Source: Aquabacterium sp.
Lineage (GTDB): Bacteria; Pseudomonadota; Gammaproteobacteria; Burkholderiales; Burkholderiaceae_C
Direction: 5' to 3'
Assembly (NCBI RefSeq): GCF_035476535.1
Contig: NZ_DATILJ010000014.1
Location: 602-64,601, forward strand
Length of the DNA: 64,000 bases
Both the position numbers and the translations under genes were made by a program. This document shows, one piece after another, positions 21,059 to 29,166 of the stretch; positions within the stretch are counted from its first letter, which is position 1, and the number at the start of each line of letters is the position of its first letter. The notes below the pieces were generated by a model, which saw nothing but the letters and a program-made list of their open reading frames with translations, searched no databases and was not told the DNA's origin.

Positions 21059-22374
21059 GGGCCCCCAGGCCGGCTCAAGCCGACCGCCCCCCGAGGGGAT
21101 CAAGGAAGGTGGCAGAGCCACATGTCCTTGAGCGCACCTGGTTCACCGACACCCTGTCCAAGCGGCTGTTGATCCTGATGTGGCTGGCGCTGGTGGGCAG
21201 CCATGTTGCGGCCTTCCTGACCGTGCGGCTGGTTCACGCGATGCCGGGGCCAAGCCAGGCCACATCGCTCGCCGACTTGCCGACCTTCCCGTCGCTGCCA
21301 CCGACACCCGGGCTGCCGGACACCACCGCGCCGCGCGACAGGCCGCCGGAGGATCGCCCGCCGCCCCCGCCGCCTGGCCGGCGCGGCCCGGGCTTCGGCG
21401 GGCCAGGCTTCGACGGCCCGGCAGGGCCGGGTCGCGGCCCGGCCGACGAGAGCCCTCGCGGCGCGGGCCCGGGCATCGCCGCGGGTGGCGGGCCGCGCAT
21501 GCCGTGGGACGCCCTCGCGCTGGACTATGGCGTGCGCTTCGGGGTCATTGCGCTGGCCGCGTGGCTGGGCTCACGCTGGCTGGCGCGCCCGATGCGGCGG
21601 CTGGCCGTCGCCTCACGCGCGCTGAGCGGCTCGCTCGGCGGCAGCGCCAGCCTGCCGACACTGGACGAAACCAGCGGCACGGTCGAGGTCCGGGAAGCGG
21701 CCCATGTGTTCAATGCGATGGCGCGGCAGTTGCGCGAGCAGTTCCAGGCCCGCGGTCTGATGGTGGCCGCCATCTCGCACGACCTGCGAACGCCCTTGAC
21801 GCGCATGCGCATGCGCCTGGAGGCCATGGGCGGCGATCAGCAACTGCAACAACGCTCGGTGGACGACATCCAGGAGATGAATGCGCTGATCGACAACGTC
21901 ATGGAAGTCTTCCGGCTGGAGGCGGCCAGCGGCCAGGATCCGCTGCAACCCACCGACATCGGCGCCCTGGTGCAGGCCGTCGTCGACAACCTGGCGGAGC
22001 AGGGCTCGCCGGCCACGTTCGAAGGCGACTCGGTGGTGACGCTGGCGCAGCCCGAGCCGCTGCGCCGCGTGGTGTCCAACCTGGTGAGCAATGCGATCCG
22101 CTATGGCGAGCGCGCCGAGGTCAGGCTGAGCGCGAACGCCCGCGAGGTGCGCATCACCGTCGACGACAGCGGCCCGGGCATTCCACCGGCAGAGCTGGAG
22201 GCGGTCTTCCAGCCGTTCTACCGGGTCGAGGCCTCCCGCCATCGCAGCACCGGCGGAACCGGTCTGGGCCTGTACATCGCGCGCGAGATGACCGCCCGGC
22301 AAGGCGGCCGGCTGAGCCTGGTGAACCTTGCCGCGGGTGGCCTGCGCGCCGAGCTGGTGCTGCCGCGGCGCTGA
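21055..22374 (+). CDS. Sensor histidine kinase (2 TM, HAMP, HisKA, HATPase_c) with a Pro/Gly-rich periplasmic loop
   Basis: ATG 21055 overlaps the regulator stop (ATGA). H-box AAISHDLRTPLTRM. N/G boxes: NLVSNAIRYG, DDSGPGIP, GGTGLGLYIA. The start codon is uncertain because repeat copy C covers 21073-21127. Other in-frame candidates: GTG 21109, TTG 21169, ATG 21178. Confidence 0.8.
   Translation: MRAPRPAQADRPPRGSRKVAEPHVLERTWFTDTLSKRLLILMWLALVGSHVAAFLTVRLVHAMPGPSQATSLADLPTFPSLPPTPGLPDTTAPRDRPPEDRPPPPPPGRRGPGFGGPGFDGPAGPGRGPADESPRGAGPGIAAGGGPRMPWDALALDYGVRFGVIALAAWLGSRWLARPMRRLAVASRALSGSLGGSASLPTLDETSGTVEVREAAHVFNAMARQLREQFQARGLMVAAISHDLRTPLTRMRMRLEAMGGDQQLQQRSVDDIQEMNALIDNVMEVFRLEAASGQDPLQPTDIGALVQAVVDNLAEQGSPATFEGDSVVTLAQPEPLRRVVSNLVSNAIRYGERAEVRLSANAREVRITVDDSGPGIPPAELEAVFQPFYRVEASRHRSTGGTGLGLYIAREMTARQGGRLSLVNLAAGGLRAELVLPRR
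21073..21127. repeat. REP-like repeat, copy C (degenerate)
   Basis: GCTCAAGC..CCCCCCGAGGGG..GAGCCACATGTCC. Same block order and similar spacing as copies A and B. Lies just after the response-regulator stop. Confidence 0.4.
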
Positions 22375-22504
22375 ACACGGGCCGGCCGGTCGACCATTCG
22401 GACGCGCGGCCGGCGTGGATGAGCAAGCCCCTCGTGCTGCGCTTGCAGGCCGCCGACTGAACGATCAAGATCGCAGGCCGCAGCGCGCACCCTGGAACCC
22501 CGAC

Positions 22505-23002
22505 ATGGCCCAACCCAACCGTCCTTTGCCCGAGGAAGTGCTCACCGCACTGCAGCGCGGCAGCCTGTTCGATGCGATCAAGCTGCTGCGCAAGTCCGGC
22601 GTGGCCAACCTGGCCGAAGCCAAGGCCTTGCTCGAGGCCGAGGCCCGCCGCATCAACGCCAGGAAGTCAACGTCCGCACACGCCGCCGCGCCATCGGCTT
22701 CGTCGCCGCAGCGGGCTCCCGGCGCCTGGCCGCCGGCCGCAACCGAGGCGCTGCGCCGCGGCCACAAGATCGAGGCCATCCGCCTGCTGCGTGAACACAG
22801 CGGCCTCGGGCTGAAGGAAGCCAAGGATGCCGTCGAGGCCCATGCCCAAACGATGGTGCCCACCGTGGAAGGCCTGTCACCCCGCGATGGGTTGTCGCCC
22901 GGTGAAGTGCCGCGCACGAGCAGCGTCGTCTGGTGGCTGGTCATCATCGCGGTGATCGGCGGCGCGGCGGTCTACCACTACTTTCTTCGCGGTTCGGTCT
23001 GA
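22505..23002 (+). CDS. Tail-anchored membrane protein with two ribosomal-L7/L12-C-terminal-like motifs
   Basis: 165 aa from ATG 22505. Internal repeat: LTALQRGSLFDAIKLLRKSGVANLAEAKALLEA versus TEALRRGHKIEAIRLLREHSGLGLKEAKDAVEA. Single C-terminal TM helix VVWWLVIIAVIGGAAVYHYF. No clear SD, so the start is uncertain. Confidence 0.55.
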   Translation: MAQPNRPLPEEVLTALQRGSLFDAIKLLRKSGVANLAEAKALLEAEARRINARKSTSAHAAAPSASSPQRAPGAWPPAATEALRRGHKIEAIRLLREHSGLGLKEAKDAVEAHAQTMVPTVEGLSPRDGLSPGEVPRTSSVVWWLVIIAVIGGAAVYHYFLRGSV

Positions 23003-23023
23003 CGTCGGCCCGGCGCGCCGACG
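23003..23023. terminator. GC-rich hairpin between convergent genes (weak terminator candidate, no U-tract)
   Basis: CGTCGGC-N7-GCCGACG, a 7-bp stem directly after the stop at 23002 and 17 nt from the convergent stop at 23040. Confidence 0.3.
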
Positions 23024-23039
23024 ACGCGTCGTTAAGGCG

Positions 23040-23792
23040 CTAGAGCGTGCGGCGCAACGCCTCGAAGAACAGCGTGGACTGCAGGCGCTCGCCCTGGATC
23101 TGCGCGGCCACGCGCGCGGTCAGCGCCTCGTCCACCGGCGCCAGCGGCAGGCCGGTGGACAGTGCGATGACCATCAGCTCGCAGGCCCGCTCCAGGTAGT
23201 ACAGGTCGTCGTAAGCATGGGCCAGCTGCTCGCCGCAGACGATGACGCCGTGGTTGCCGAGGAAGGCGATGTCGGCGCTGTTCATCGCATGGGCAATGCG
23301 CTCGCCTTCGTGCACGTCGAGCGCCAGGCCGTTGTACTGCGCGTCCACGGCGATGCGGCCATGGAAGCGCATGGCCGTCTGCGAGCTGGTGGTGTCCAGC
23401 CTGCGGTGCCGGGTCAGCGTCAGCGCGGTGGCCTGCGGCATGTGGGTGTGCATCACGCAGGCCTTGCCGGCAATGCGGTGCACGGCGGCATGGATGAACA
23501 TCGCCGTCGGCTCCACCGCGTGACGGCCGGCCAGTTGCCGACCGTCGGCCGCGACCATCACGATGTCGTCCGCCTGGATTTCGCTCCACAGCAGGCCGCG
23601 CGGGTTCAGCAGGAAGCGCGACGAGCCATCGGGCAACTCCACGCTGAAGTGGTTGCAGACGCCCTCGCCCAGGCCGTGGTGAGCCGCGGCGCGCAGCGCC
23701 AGTGCCAGGTCTTCGCGCAGGCGGCGCACGGCGGCCGAGGCGAAGTCCGCGCTGTCCGCACTGGTTGGGGGATGGGTGGTGGTGGCGCTCAT
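23040..23792 (-). CDS. Class II aldolase / adducin-family protein
   Basis: ATG at 23792 (MSATTTHPP...). GVCNHFSVELP, PTAMFIHAAVH, ACVMHTHMPQATAL and FLGNHGVIVCGEQLAHAY match the class II aldolase fold. Confidence 0.8.
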   Translation of the reverse strand: MSATTTHPPTSADSADFASAAVRRLREDLALALRAAAHHGLGEGVCNHFSVELPDGSSRFLLNPRGLLWSEIQADDIVMVAADGRQLAGRHAVEPTAMFIHAAVHRIAGKACVMHTHMPQATALTLTRHRRLDTTSSQTAMRFHGRIAVDAQYNGLALDVHEGERIAHAMNSADIAFLGNHGVIVCGEQLAHAYDDLYYLERACELMVIALSTGLPLAPVDEALTARVAAQIQGERLQSTLFFEALRRTL

Positions 23793-23919
23793 GCGCCGAT
23801 TCTGGCCGAGCCGGTTCACCCGCAGCAGCGTGTCGGACGCCGCCGACACCCGAAAGGCCTGCCCGCTTGCAGCCACGGCACGGCGCGCTGCGCAGACTGC
23901 AAGGCGAGGTGACCCCGCC

Positions 23920-25266
23920 ATGCCCGACCTTTCTGCCGCCTTGTACCGCTACACCACCCTGGTCGCCACGCTCGGCGCCGCCCTCCTCGTGCTGACGGCC
24001 TGCGGCGAAGCTTCCAAGCTGCCCGACGGCGCAGGCACCGGTGCGAATCCCGAGCTGCCGGCACCGCAGCAGCGCTTGCTGCCCACGGTCAACATCGCCG
24101 AGGCCAAGGGCTGGCCCGCCGGGCGCAAGCCGGCGCCGATTCCGGGCACCCAGGTGAGTGCCTTTGCCAGCGGCCTGCAGCACCCGCGCTGGCTCTACGT
24201 GCTGCCCAACGGCGACGTGCTGGTGGCCGAGTCGAATGCGCCGCCCAAGGGCGAAAAAACAGGCGGCGGTGTCAGGTCCTGGATCACGGGCAAGATGATG
24301 GCCAAGGCCGGCGCCGCCGTGTCCAGCGCCAATCGCATCACGCTGCTTCGCGATGCCGATGGCGACGGTGTCGCCGAATCCCGCTCGGTGTTCATCGCGA
24401 ATCTGCATTCCCCCTTCGGCATGGTGCTGGTCGGCAACGACTTCTATGTCGCCAATGCGGATGCCGTGCTGCGCTTCGCCTACACCGAAGGCGCCGCGTC
24501 GCTCACCGAGACGGGCAGCAAGCTGGTCGACCTGCCGGGCGGTCCGCTGAACCACCACTGGACCAAGAACCTCGTCGCCAGCCGCGACGGCAGCAAGCTC
24601 TACGCAACGGTCGGCTCCAACAGCAACATCGGCGAGAACGGCCTGGACATCGAAGCCGGCCGCGCCGCGATCTGGGAGATCGAGCGCAGCACCGGCAAGC
24701 ACCGCCTGTTCGCGACCGGGCTGCGCAACCCCAACGGCATGGTCTGGGAGCCGAACACCGGTGCGCTGTGGACGGTGGTGAACGAGCGCGACGAACTGGG
24801 CAATGACCTGGTGCCCGACTACCTCACTTCGGTGAAGGACGGCGGCTTCTACGGCTGGCCCTACAGCTACTACGGCCAGCATGTCGATGCGCGCGTCGAG
24901 CCGCCGCGCCCCGACCTGGTGGCCAAGGCGATCAAGCCCGACTATGCGCTGGGCTCGCACGTGGCGCCGCTGGGCCTGGCGCTGGCCGAGGGCAAGAGCA
25001 TCTCGGGCGCCTTCCTCAACGGCATGTTCATCGGCCTGCACGGCTCGTGGAACCGCGAGCCGCGCAGCGGCTACAAGGTGGTCTTCGTGCCCTTCGCCAA
25101 CGGGCGGCCGAACGGCAAGCCGATGGATGTGCTGACCGGCTTCGTCGACGCCGACGATGACAAGGCGATGGGCCGGCCGGTGGGTGTGGCGATCGACAAG
25201 CGCGGCGGCCTGCTGGTGGCCGACGACGTGGGCAACACCGTCTGGCGCGTCAGCGCACCGCCCTGA
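23920..25266 (+). CDS. PQQ-dependent sugar (sorbosone-type) dehydrogenase, lipoprotein
   Basis: ATG at 23920. Lipobox LVLTAC. Beta-propeller motifs: LPNGDVLVAES, ITLLRDADGDGVAE, FYVANADAVLRF, HWTKNLV, LYATVGSNSN, LRNPNGMVWEP, GGFYGWPY, LLVADDVGNTVWRV. Confidence 0.8.
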   Translation: MPDLSAALYRYTTLVATLGAALLVLTACGEASKLPDGAGTGANPELPAPQQRLLPTVNIAEAKGWPAGRKPAPIPGTQVSAFASGLQHPRWLYVLPNGDVLVAESNAPPKGEKTGGGVRSWITGKMMAKAGAAVSSANRITLLRDADGDGVAESRSVFIANLHSPFGMVLVGNDFYVANADAVLRFAYTEGAASLTETGSKLVDLPGGPLNHHWTKNLVASRDGSKLYATVGSNSNIGENGLDIEAGRAAIWEIERSTGKHRLFATGLRNPNGMVWEPNTGALWTVVNERDELGNDLVPDYLTSVKDGGFYGWPYSYYGQHVDARVEPPRPDLVAKAIKPDYALGSHVAPLGLALAEGKSISGAFLNGMFIGLHGSWNREPRSGYKVVFVPFANGRPNGKPMDVLTGFVDADDDKAMGRPVGVAIDKRGGLLVADDVGNTVWRVSAPP

Positions 25267-25309
25267 GTGTAGGATTCCGTCCCTCTCAGACTGCCTGCGC
25301 GTGGCCCCC

Positions 25310-25765
25310 ATGTCCGTCTACGACAAACTCTCGACACTCGGTATCACCCTGCCCCCGCTGGCCGTGCCGGTGGCCGCTTATGTGCCCTTCGTGCGCAGCG
25401 GCAATCTGGTGTTCCTCTCGGGCCACATCGCGAAGAAGAACGACCAGCCCTGGGTCGGCCAGCTGGGCCTGACCATGGGCACCGAAGAAGGCCAGGCCGC
25501 GGCGCGGGCCGTGGCCATCGACCTGCTGGGCACCTTGCACGCGGCGATCGGCGACCTGAACAAGGTCACCCGCATCGTCAAGCTGATGAGCCTGGTGAAT
25601 TCCACGCCCACCTTCATCGAGCAGCACCTGGTGACCAACGGCGCTTCGGAATTGTTCGGCGAGGTGTTCGGCGAGGCCGGCACGCATGCGCGCAGTGCCT
25701 TCGGCGTGGCCCAGGTGCCGCGTGGCGCCTGCGTCGAGATCGACATGATCGTCGAAGTGCAGTGA
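25310..25765 (+). CDS. RidA/YjgF-family protein
   Basis: 151 aa from ATG 25310. YVPFVRSGNLVFLSGHIA ... ARSAFGVAQVPRGACVEIDMIVEV. Confidence 0.85.
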   Translation: MSVYDKLSTLGITLPPLAVPVAAYVPFVRSGNLVFLSGHIAKKNDQPWVGQLGLTMGTEEGQAAARAVAIDLLGTLHAAIGDLNKVTRIVKLMSLVNSTPTFIEQHLVTNGASELFGEVFGEAGTHARSAFGVAQVPRGACVEIDMIVEVQ

Positions 25766-26283
25766 CCCACGCGAGGGAGCGGTCCGGCGACCGCGCCGGT
25801 GCCCGGCCGGCGCGGGTCGGCAGCTTGCTGGCCGCCATGGCGCTGGTGTCGTTCGGCGCCGTCGGCGCCGCGCTGGTCACGCAGCATCACTTCGACATGA
25901 TGCCCTGCCCCTGGTGCGTGCTGCAACGGGTGATCTTCGTGGCCATCGGCCTGGCGGCCCTGCTCGGGCTGGCGTGGCGATCGGGCGGGGGCCAGCGCAT
26001 CGTCGCCGGCCTGGCGCTGCTGCTGGCCGGCAGCGGCATCGCCGCGGCGCTGTGGCAGCACTTCGTCGCCGCCGCATCGGCCTCTTGCAATCAGACGCTG
26101 GCCGACCGCATCGTCGGTGCACTGCAGTTGGACAGCCTGCTGCCCGAGGTGTTCGCGGCCTATGCCAACTGCGCCGACGCCAAGGTGAACCTGTTCGGCG
26201 TGCCCTACGAGTTCTGGAGCCTGGCGCTGTTCCTGCTGATCGCGCTGGCCGCCGTGCGCGTGCTCATCGCAAGGACGCGTTGA
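25762..26283 (+). CDS. dsbB: Disulfide bond formation protein B
   Basis: GTG 25762 overlaps the RidA stop. First periplasmic CxxC (MPCPWCVLQR); second Cys pair (ASCNQT...YANCAD); four TM helices. The 3' end overlaps convergent korB by 20 nt. Confidence 0.75.
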   Translation: MTHARERSGDRAGARPARVGSLLAAMALVSFGAVGAALVTQHHFDMMPCPWCVLQRVIFVAIGLAALLGLAWRSGGGQRIVAGLALLLAGSGIAAALWQHFVAAASASCNQTLADRIVGALQLDSLLPEVFAAYANCADAKVNLFGVPYEFWSLALFLLIALAAVRVLIARTR

Positions 26284-27319
26284 GCTTGTCCAGCGCCGCG
26301 GTGCCGGGGCACAGTTCGGCTTCGGTCAGTGTGTTCAGCGGCTTGGCCACGGTGTTCAGGCCGACGTGCATGTCGCCCGCCTGCGGGTCGACATAGAGCA
26401 GCCCGGTCACCACCTCGCCCCGGGCCTGCAGCGCCTGGACCTGGGCCATTGCGCTGACGCGGTCGGTCGGGTCGTAGCCGGCGTGCAGCCTGCGCAGCCG
26501 CATCAGCGAACCATCGGGCTGCGGCAGCATGATCACTTCGCCGGGCGCGGGCTCGGCATGCAGCTCGGGCGCCAGGTCGATGAAGTCGATGAAGCTCACC
26601 GCTTCGTTGTGCTCGCGCACATGGTCGTAGCTGCGTGTGCTGCCGGCATGGTTGTTGAACGCCACGCAGGGGCTGATGACATCGATGAAGGCCGCGCCAC
26701 CGTGGGCGATGGCGCCTTGGATCAGCGGCACCAGCTGCGCCTTGTCGCCCGAAAAACCGCGGCCGACGTAGGTGGCGCCTAGCTGCAGCGCCATGCCGAT
26801 CAGGTCCACCGGCGCGTCGGGGTTGAGCACGCCCTTCTTGCTCTTGCTGCCGCGGTCGGCGGTGGCCGAGAACTGGCCCTTGGTCAGGCCGTAGACGCCG
26901 TTGTTCTCGACGATGTAGACCATGCGCACGCCGCGCCGCATGGCATGTGCGAACTGGCCGAGGCCGATCGACGCTGAATCACCGTCGCCCGAGACGCCCA
27001 AATACAGCAGCTCGCGGTTGGCCAGGTTCGCGCCGGTCAGCACGCTGGGCATGCGGCCATGCACGGTGTTGAAGCCGTGGCTGGCGCCGAGGAAGTAGTC
27101 CGGCGTCTTTGAGCTGCAGCCGATGCCCGAGAGCTTGGCCACGCGGTGCGGCTGGATGTCCAGCTCCCAGCAGGCCTGGATGATGGCCGCCGAGATCGAG
27201 TCATGGCCACAGCCTGCGCACAGCGTCGAGATCTTGCCTTCGTAATCCCGCCGCGTGTAGCCGACCTTGTTCTTGGCCAGCGTCGGGTGGTGCAGCCTGG
27301 GCTTGGTGATGTAGGTCAT
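26264..27319 (-). CDS. korB: 2-oxoglutarate/2-oxoacid:acceptor oxidoreductase, beta (TPP-binding) subunit
   Basis: STLCAGCGHDSISAAI, GIGCSSK, VSGDGDSASIGLGQFAHAMRRGV and YIVENNGVYGLTKGQ. Confidence 0.9.
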   Translation of the reverse strand: MTYITKPRLHHPTLAKNKVGYTRRDYEGKISTLCAGCGHDSISAAIIQACWELDIQPHRVAKLSGIGCSSKTPDYFLGASHGFNTVHGRMPSVLTGANLANRELLYLGVSGDGDSASIGLGQFAHAMRRGVRMVYIVENNGVYGLTKGQFSATADRGSKSKKGVLNPDAPVDLIGMALQLGATYVGRGFSGDKAQLVPLIQGAIAHGGAAFIDVISPCVAFNNHAGSTRSYDHVREHNEAVSFIDFIDLAPELHAEPAPGEVIMLPQPDGSLMRLRRLHAGYDPTDRVSAMAQVQALQARGEVVTGLLYVDPQAGDMHVGLNTVAKPLNTLTEAELCPGTAALDKLNASLR

Positions 27320-29166
27320 AGGATTCTTTCGCGACGGGGTGACACCGCCAGCGCATGCACATGGCTGGTGATGGCCTGCGTGATGTAGCGCGCGGTGATC
27401 GGCGTGCCGTCGTAGTGCAGCACCGGGCTCAGCCAGGCGGGGTCGATCTCGAGTTCGTTGATCAGCATCATGCGCATCTGCGCGTCGCGGTTCTGTTCGA
27501 CGACGAAGACATGGTCGTGCATCGCGATGAACTCGCGCACGCTGGCCGTGAACGGGAAGGCGCGCAGGCGCATCGCGTCCAGGTGGATCAGGCTGTCGGC
27601 CAGCGCTTCCAGCGCCTCGTCCATCGCCGGCGCGGTGGAGCCGAAGTACAGCACGCCCAGCCGCGTCTTCTTCGCCGCGGCGCGCACCACCGGCTGCGGC
27701 ACCAGCGCGGCAGCCGTGTTGAACTTCTTCAGCAGGCGCTGCACGTTCAGCATGTAGTCGTGGCCGGCTTCCGAGTAGCGCGCGTACTCATCGCGGGTGG
27801 TGCCGCGCGTGAAATACGCGCCCCGCGTCGGGTGCGTGCCGGGCAAAGTGCGCCACGGGATGCCGTCGCCGTCCACGTCCTTGTAGCGGCCGAATTCCTT
27901 GCCGGCTTCCAGCTCGGCCGCGCTCATCACCTTGCCGCGGTCGTAGCGGCGTTCATCGGTCCAGGCCAGCGGTTCGCACAGGCGCTGGTTCATGCCGATG
28001 TCCAGGTCGGTCATCACGAACACCGGCGTCTGCAGCCGGTCGGCCAGGTCAAGTGCGGCGGCGCTGAATTCGAAGCACTCGGTGGGGTCCTGCGGCAGCA
28101 GCAGCACATGCTTGGTGTCGCCGTGCGAGGCATAGGCGCTGCTCAGCAGGTCGGCCTGCTGCGTGCGCGTGGGCATGCCGGTGGACGGGCCGCCACGCTG
28201 CACGTCGATGATGGTCATCGGGATCTCGGCGAAGTAGGCCAGGCCGATGAATTCGGTCATCAGCGACACGCCCGGCCCCGAGGTGGCAGTGAAGGCCCGC
28301 GCGCCGTTCCAGCCGGCGCCGGTGACGATGCCGATCGAGGCGATCTCGTCCTCGGCCTGCACGATCGCGAAGCGGTTCTCGCCGGTGTCGGGGTCGACCC
28401 GGTACTTGCGGCAATACTTCTCGAAGGCCTCGGCCACCGACGATGAAGGCGTGATCGGGTACCACGCGCATACCGTGGCGCCGCCGTACACGCAGCCCAG
28501 CGCGGCGGCGGTGTTGCCGTCGACGAAGATGCGCTCGCCGACCTGGTCCGACGCCTTCACGCGCAGGTCTACCGCGCGGCCATTCGGTGGGTTCAGGTGG
28601 TCGCGTGCAAAACCGCGGCCCGACTGCAGCGCGCGCACATTCGATTCGAGCAGCCGCTCCTTGCCCTTGTACTGCTCGCCGAAGAGTTTCTCGATCACGC
28701 CGCCATCGATGTCCATCAGCATCGACAGCGCGCCCAGCACCATGATGTTCTTGAACAGCTGGCGCTGGCGCGAGTCTTCGTAGGTGGCATTGCAGATCGC
28801 CGTGACCGGCATGCCGATCACCGTGATGTCGTCGCGGAAGGCACTCGGCGGCAGCGGCTTGGTGCTGTCGTAGAACAGGTAGCCGCCGGACTCCACCTCC
28901 TTGATGTCCTGCGCCCAGGTCTGCGGGTTCATCGCGACCATCATGTCGATGCCGCCGCGCCGGCCCAGCCAGCCGCGTTCGCTCACCCGCACCTCGTACC
29001 AGGTGGGCAGGCCCTGGATGTTGCTCGGAAAGATGTTGCGCGGGCTCACCGGCACGCCCATGCGCAGGATGGCCTTCGCAAACAACTCGTTGGCCGAGGC
29101 CGAGCCCGAGCCGTTGACGTTGGCGAACTTGACGACGAAATCGTTGACCGCTTCGATGCGTTTCAT
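27316..29166 (-). CDS. korA: 2-oxoglutarate/2-oxoacid:acceptor oxidoreductase, alpha subunit
   Basis: ATG at 29166 (MKRIEAVNDFVVKFANVNGSGSASANELFAKAILRMGVPVSPRNIFPSNIQGLPTWYEVRV). 616 aa. 4-nt overlaps with both neighbours. The track ORF start at 29484 lies inside the upstream gene. Confidence 0.9.
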   Translation of the reverse strand: MKRIEAVNDFVVKFANVNGSGSASANELFAKAILRMGVPVSPRNIFPSNIQGLPTWYEVRVSERGWLGRRGGIDMMVAMNPQTWAQDIKEVESGGYLFYDSTKPLPPSAFRDDITVIGMPVTAICNATYEDSRQRQLFKNIMVLGALSMLMDIDGGVIEKLFGEQYKGKERLLESNVRALQSGRGFARDHLNPPNGRAVDLRVKASDQVGERIFVDGNTAAALGCVYGGATVCAWYPITPSSSVAEAFEKYCRKYRVDPDTGENRFAIVQAEDEIASIGIVTGAGWNGARAFTATSGPGVSLMTEFIGLAYFAEIPMTIIDVQRGGPSTGMPTRTQQADLLSSAYASHGDTKHVLLLPQDPTECFEFSAAALDLADRLQTPVFVMTDLDIGMNQRLCEPLAWTDERRYDRGKVMSAAELEAGKEFGRYKDVDGDGIPWRTLPGTHPTRGAYFTRGTTRDEYARYSEAGHDYMLNVQRLLKKFNTAAALVPQPVVRAAAKKTRLGVLYFGSTAPAMDEALEALADSLIHLDAMRLRAFPFTASVREFIAMHDHVFVVEQNRDAQMRMMLINELEIDPAWLSPVLHYDGTPITARYITQAITSHVHALAVSPRRERIL

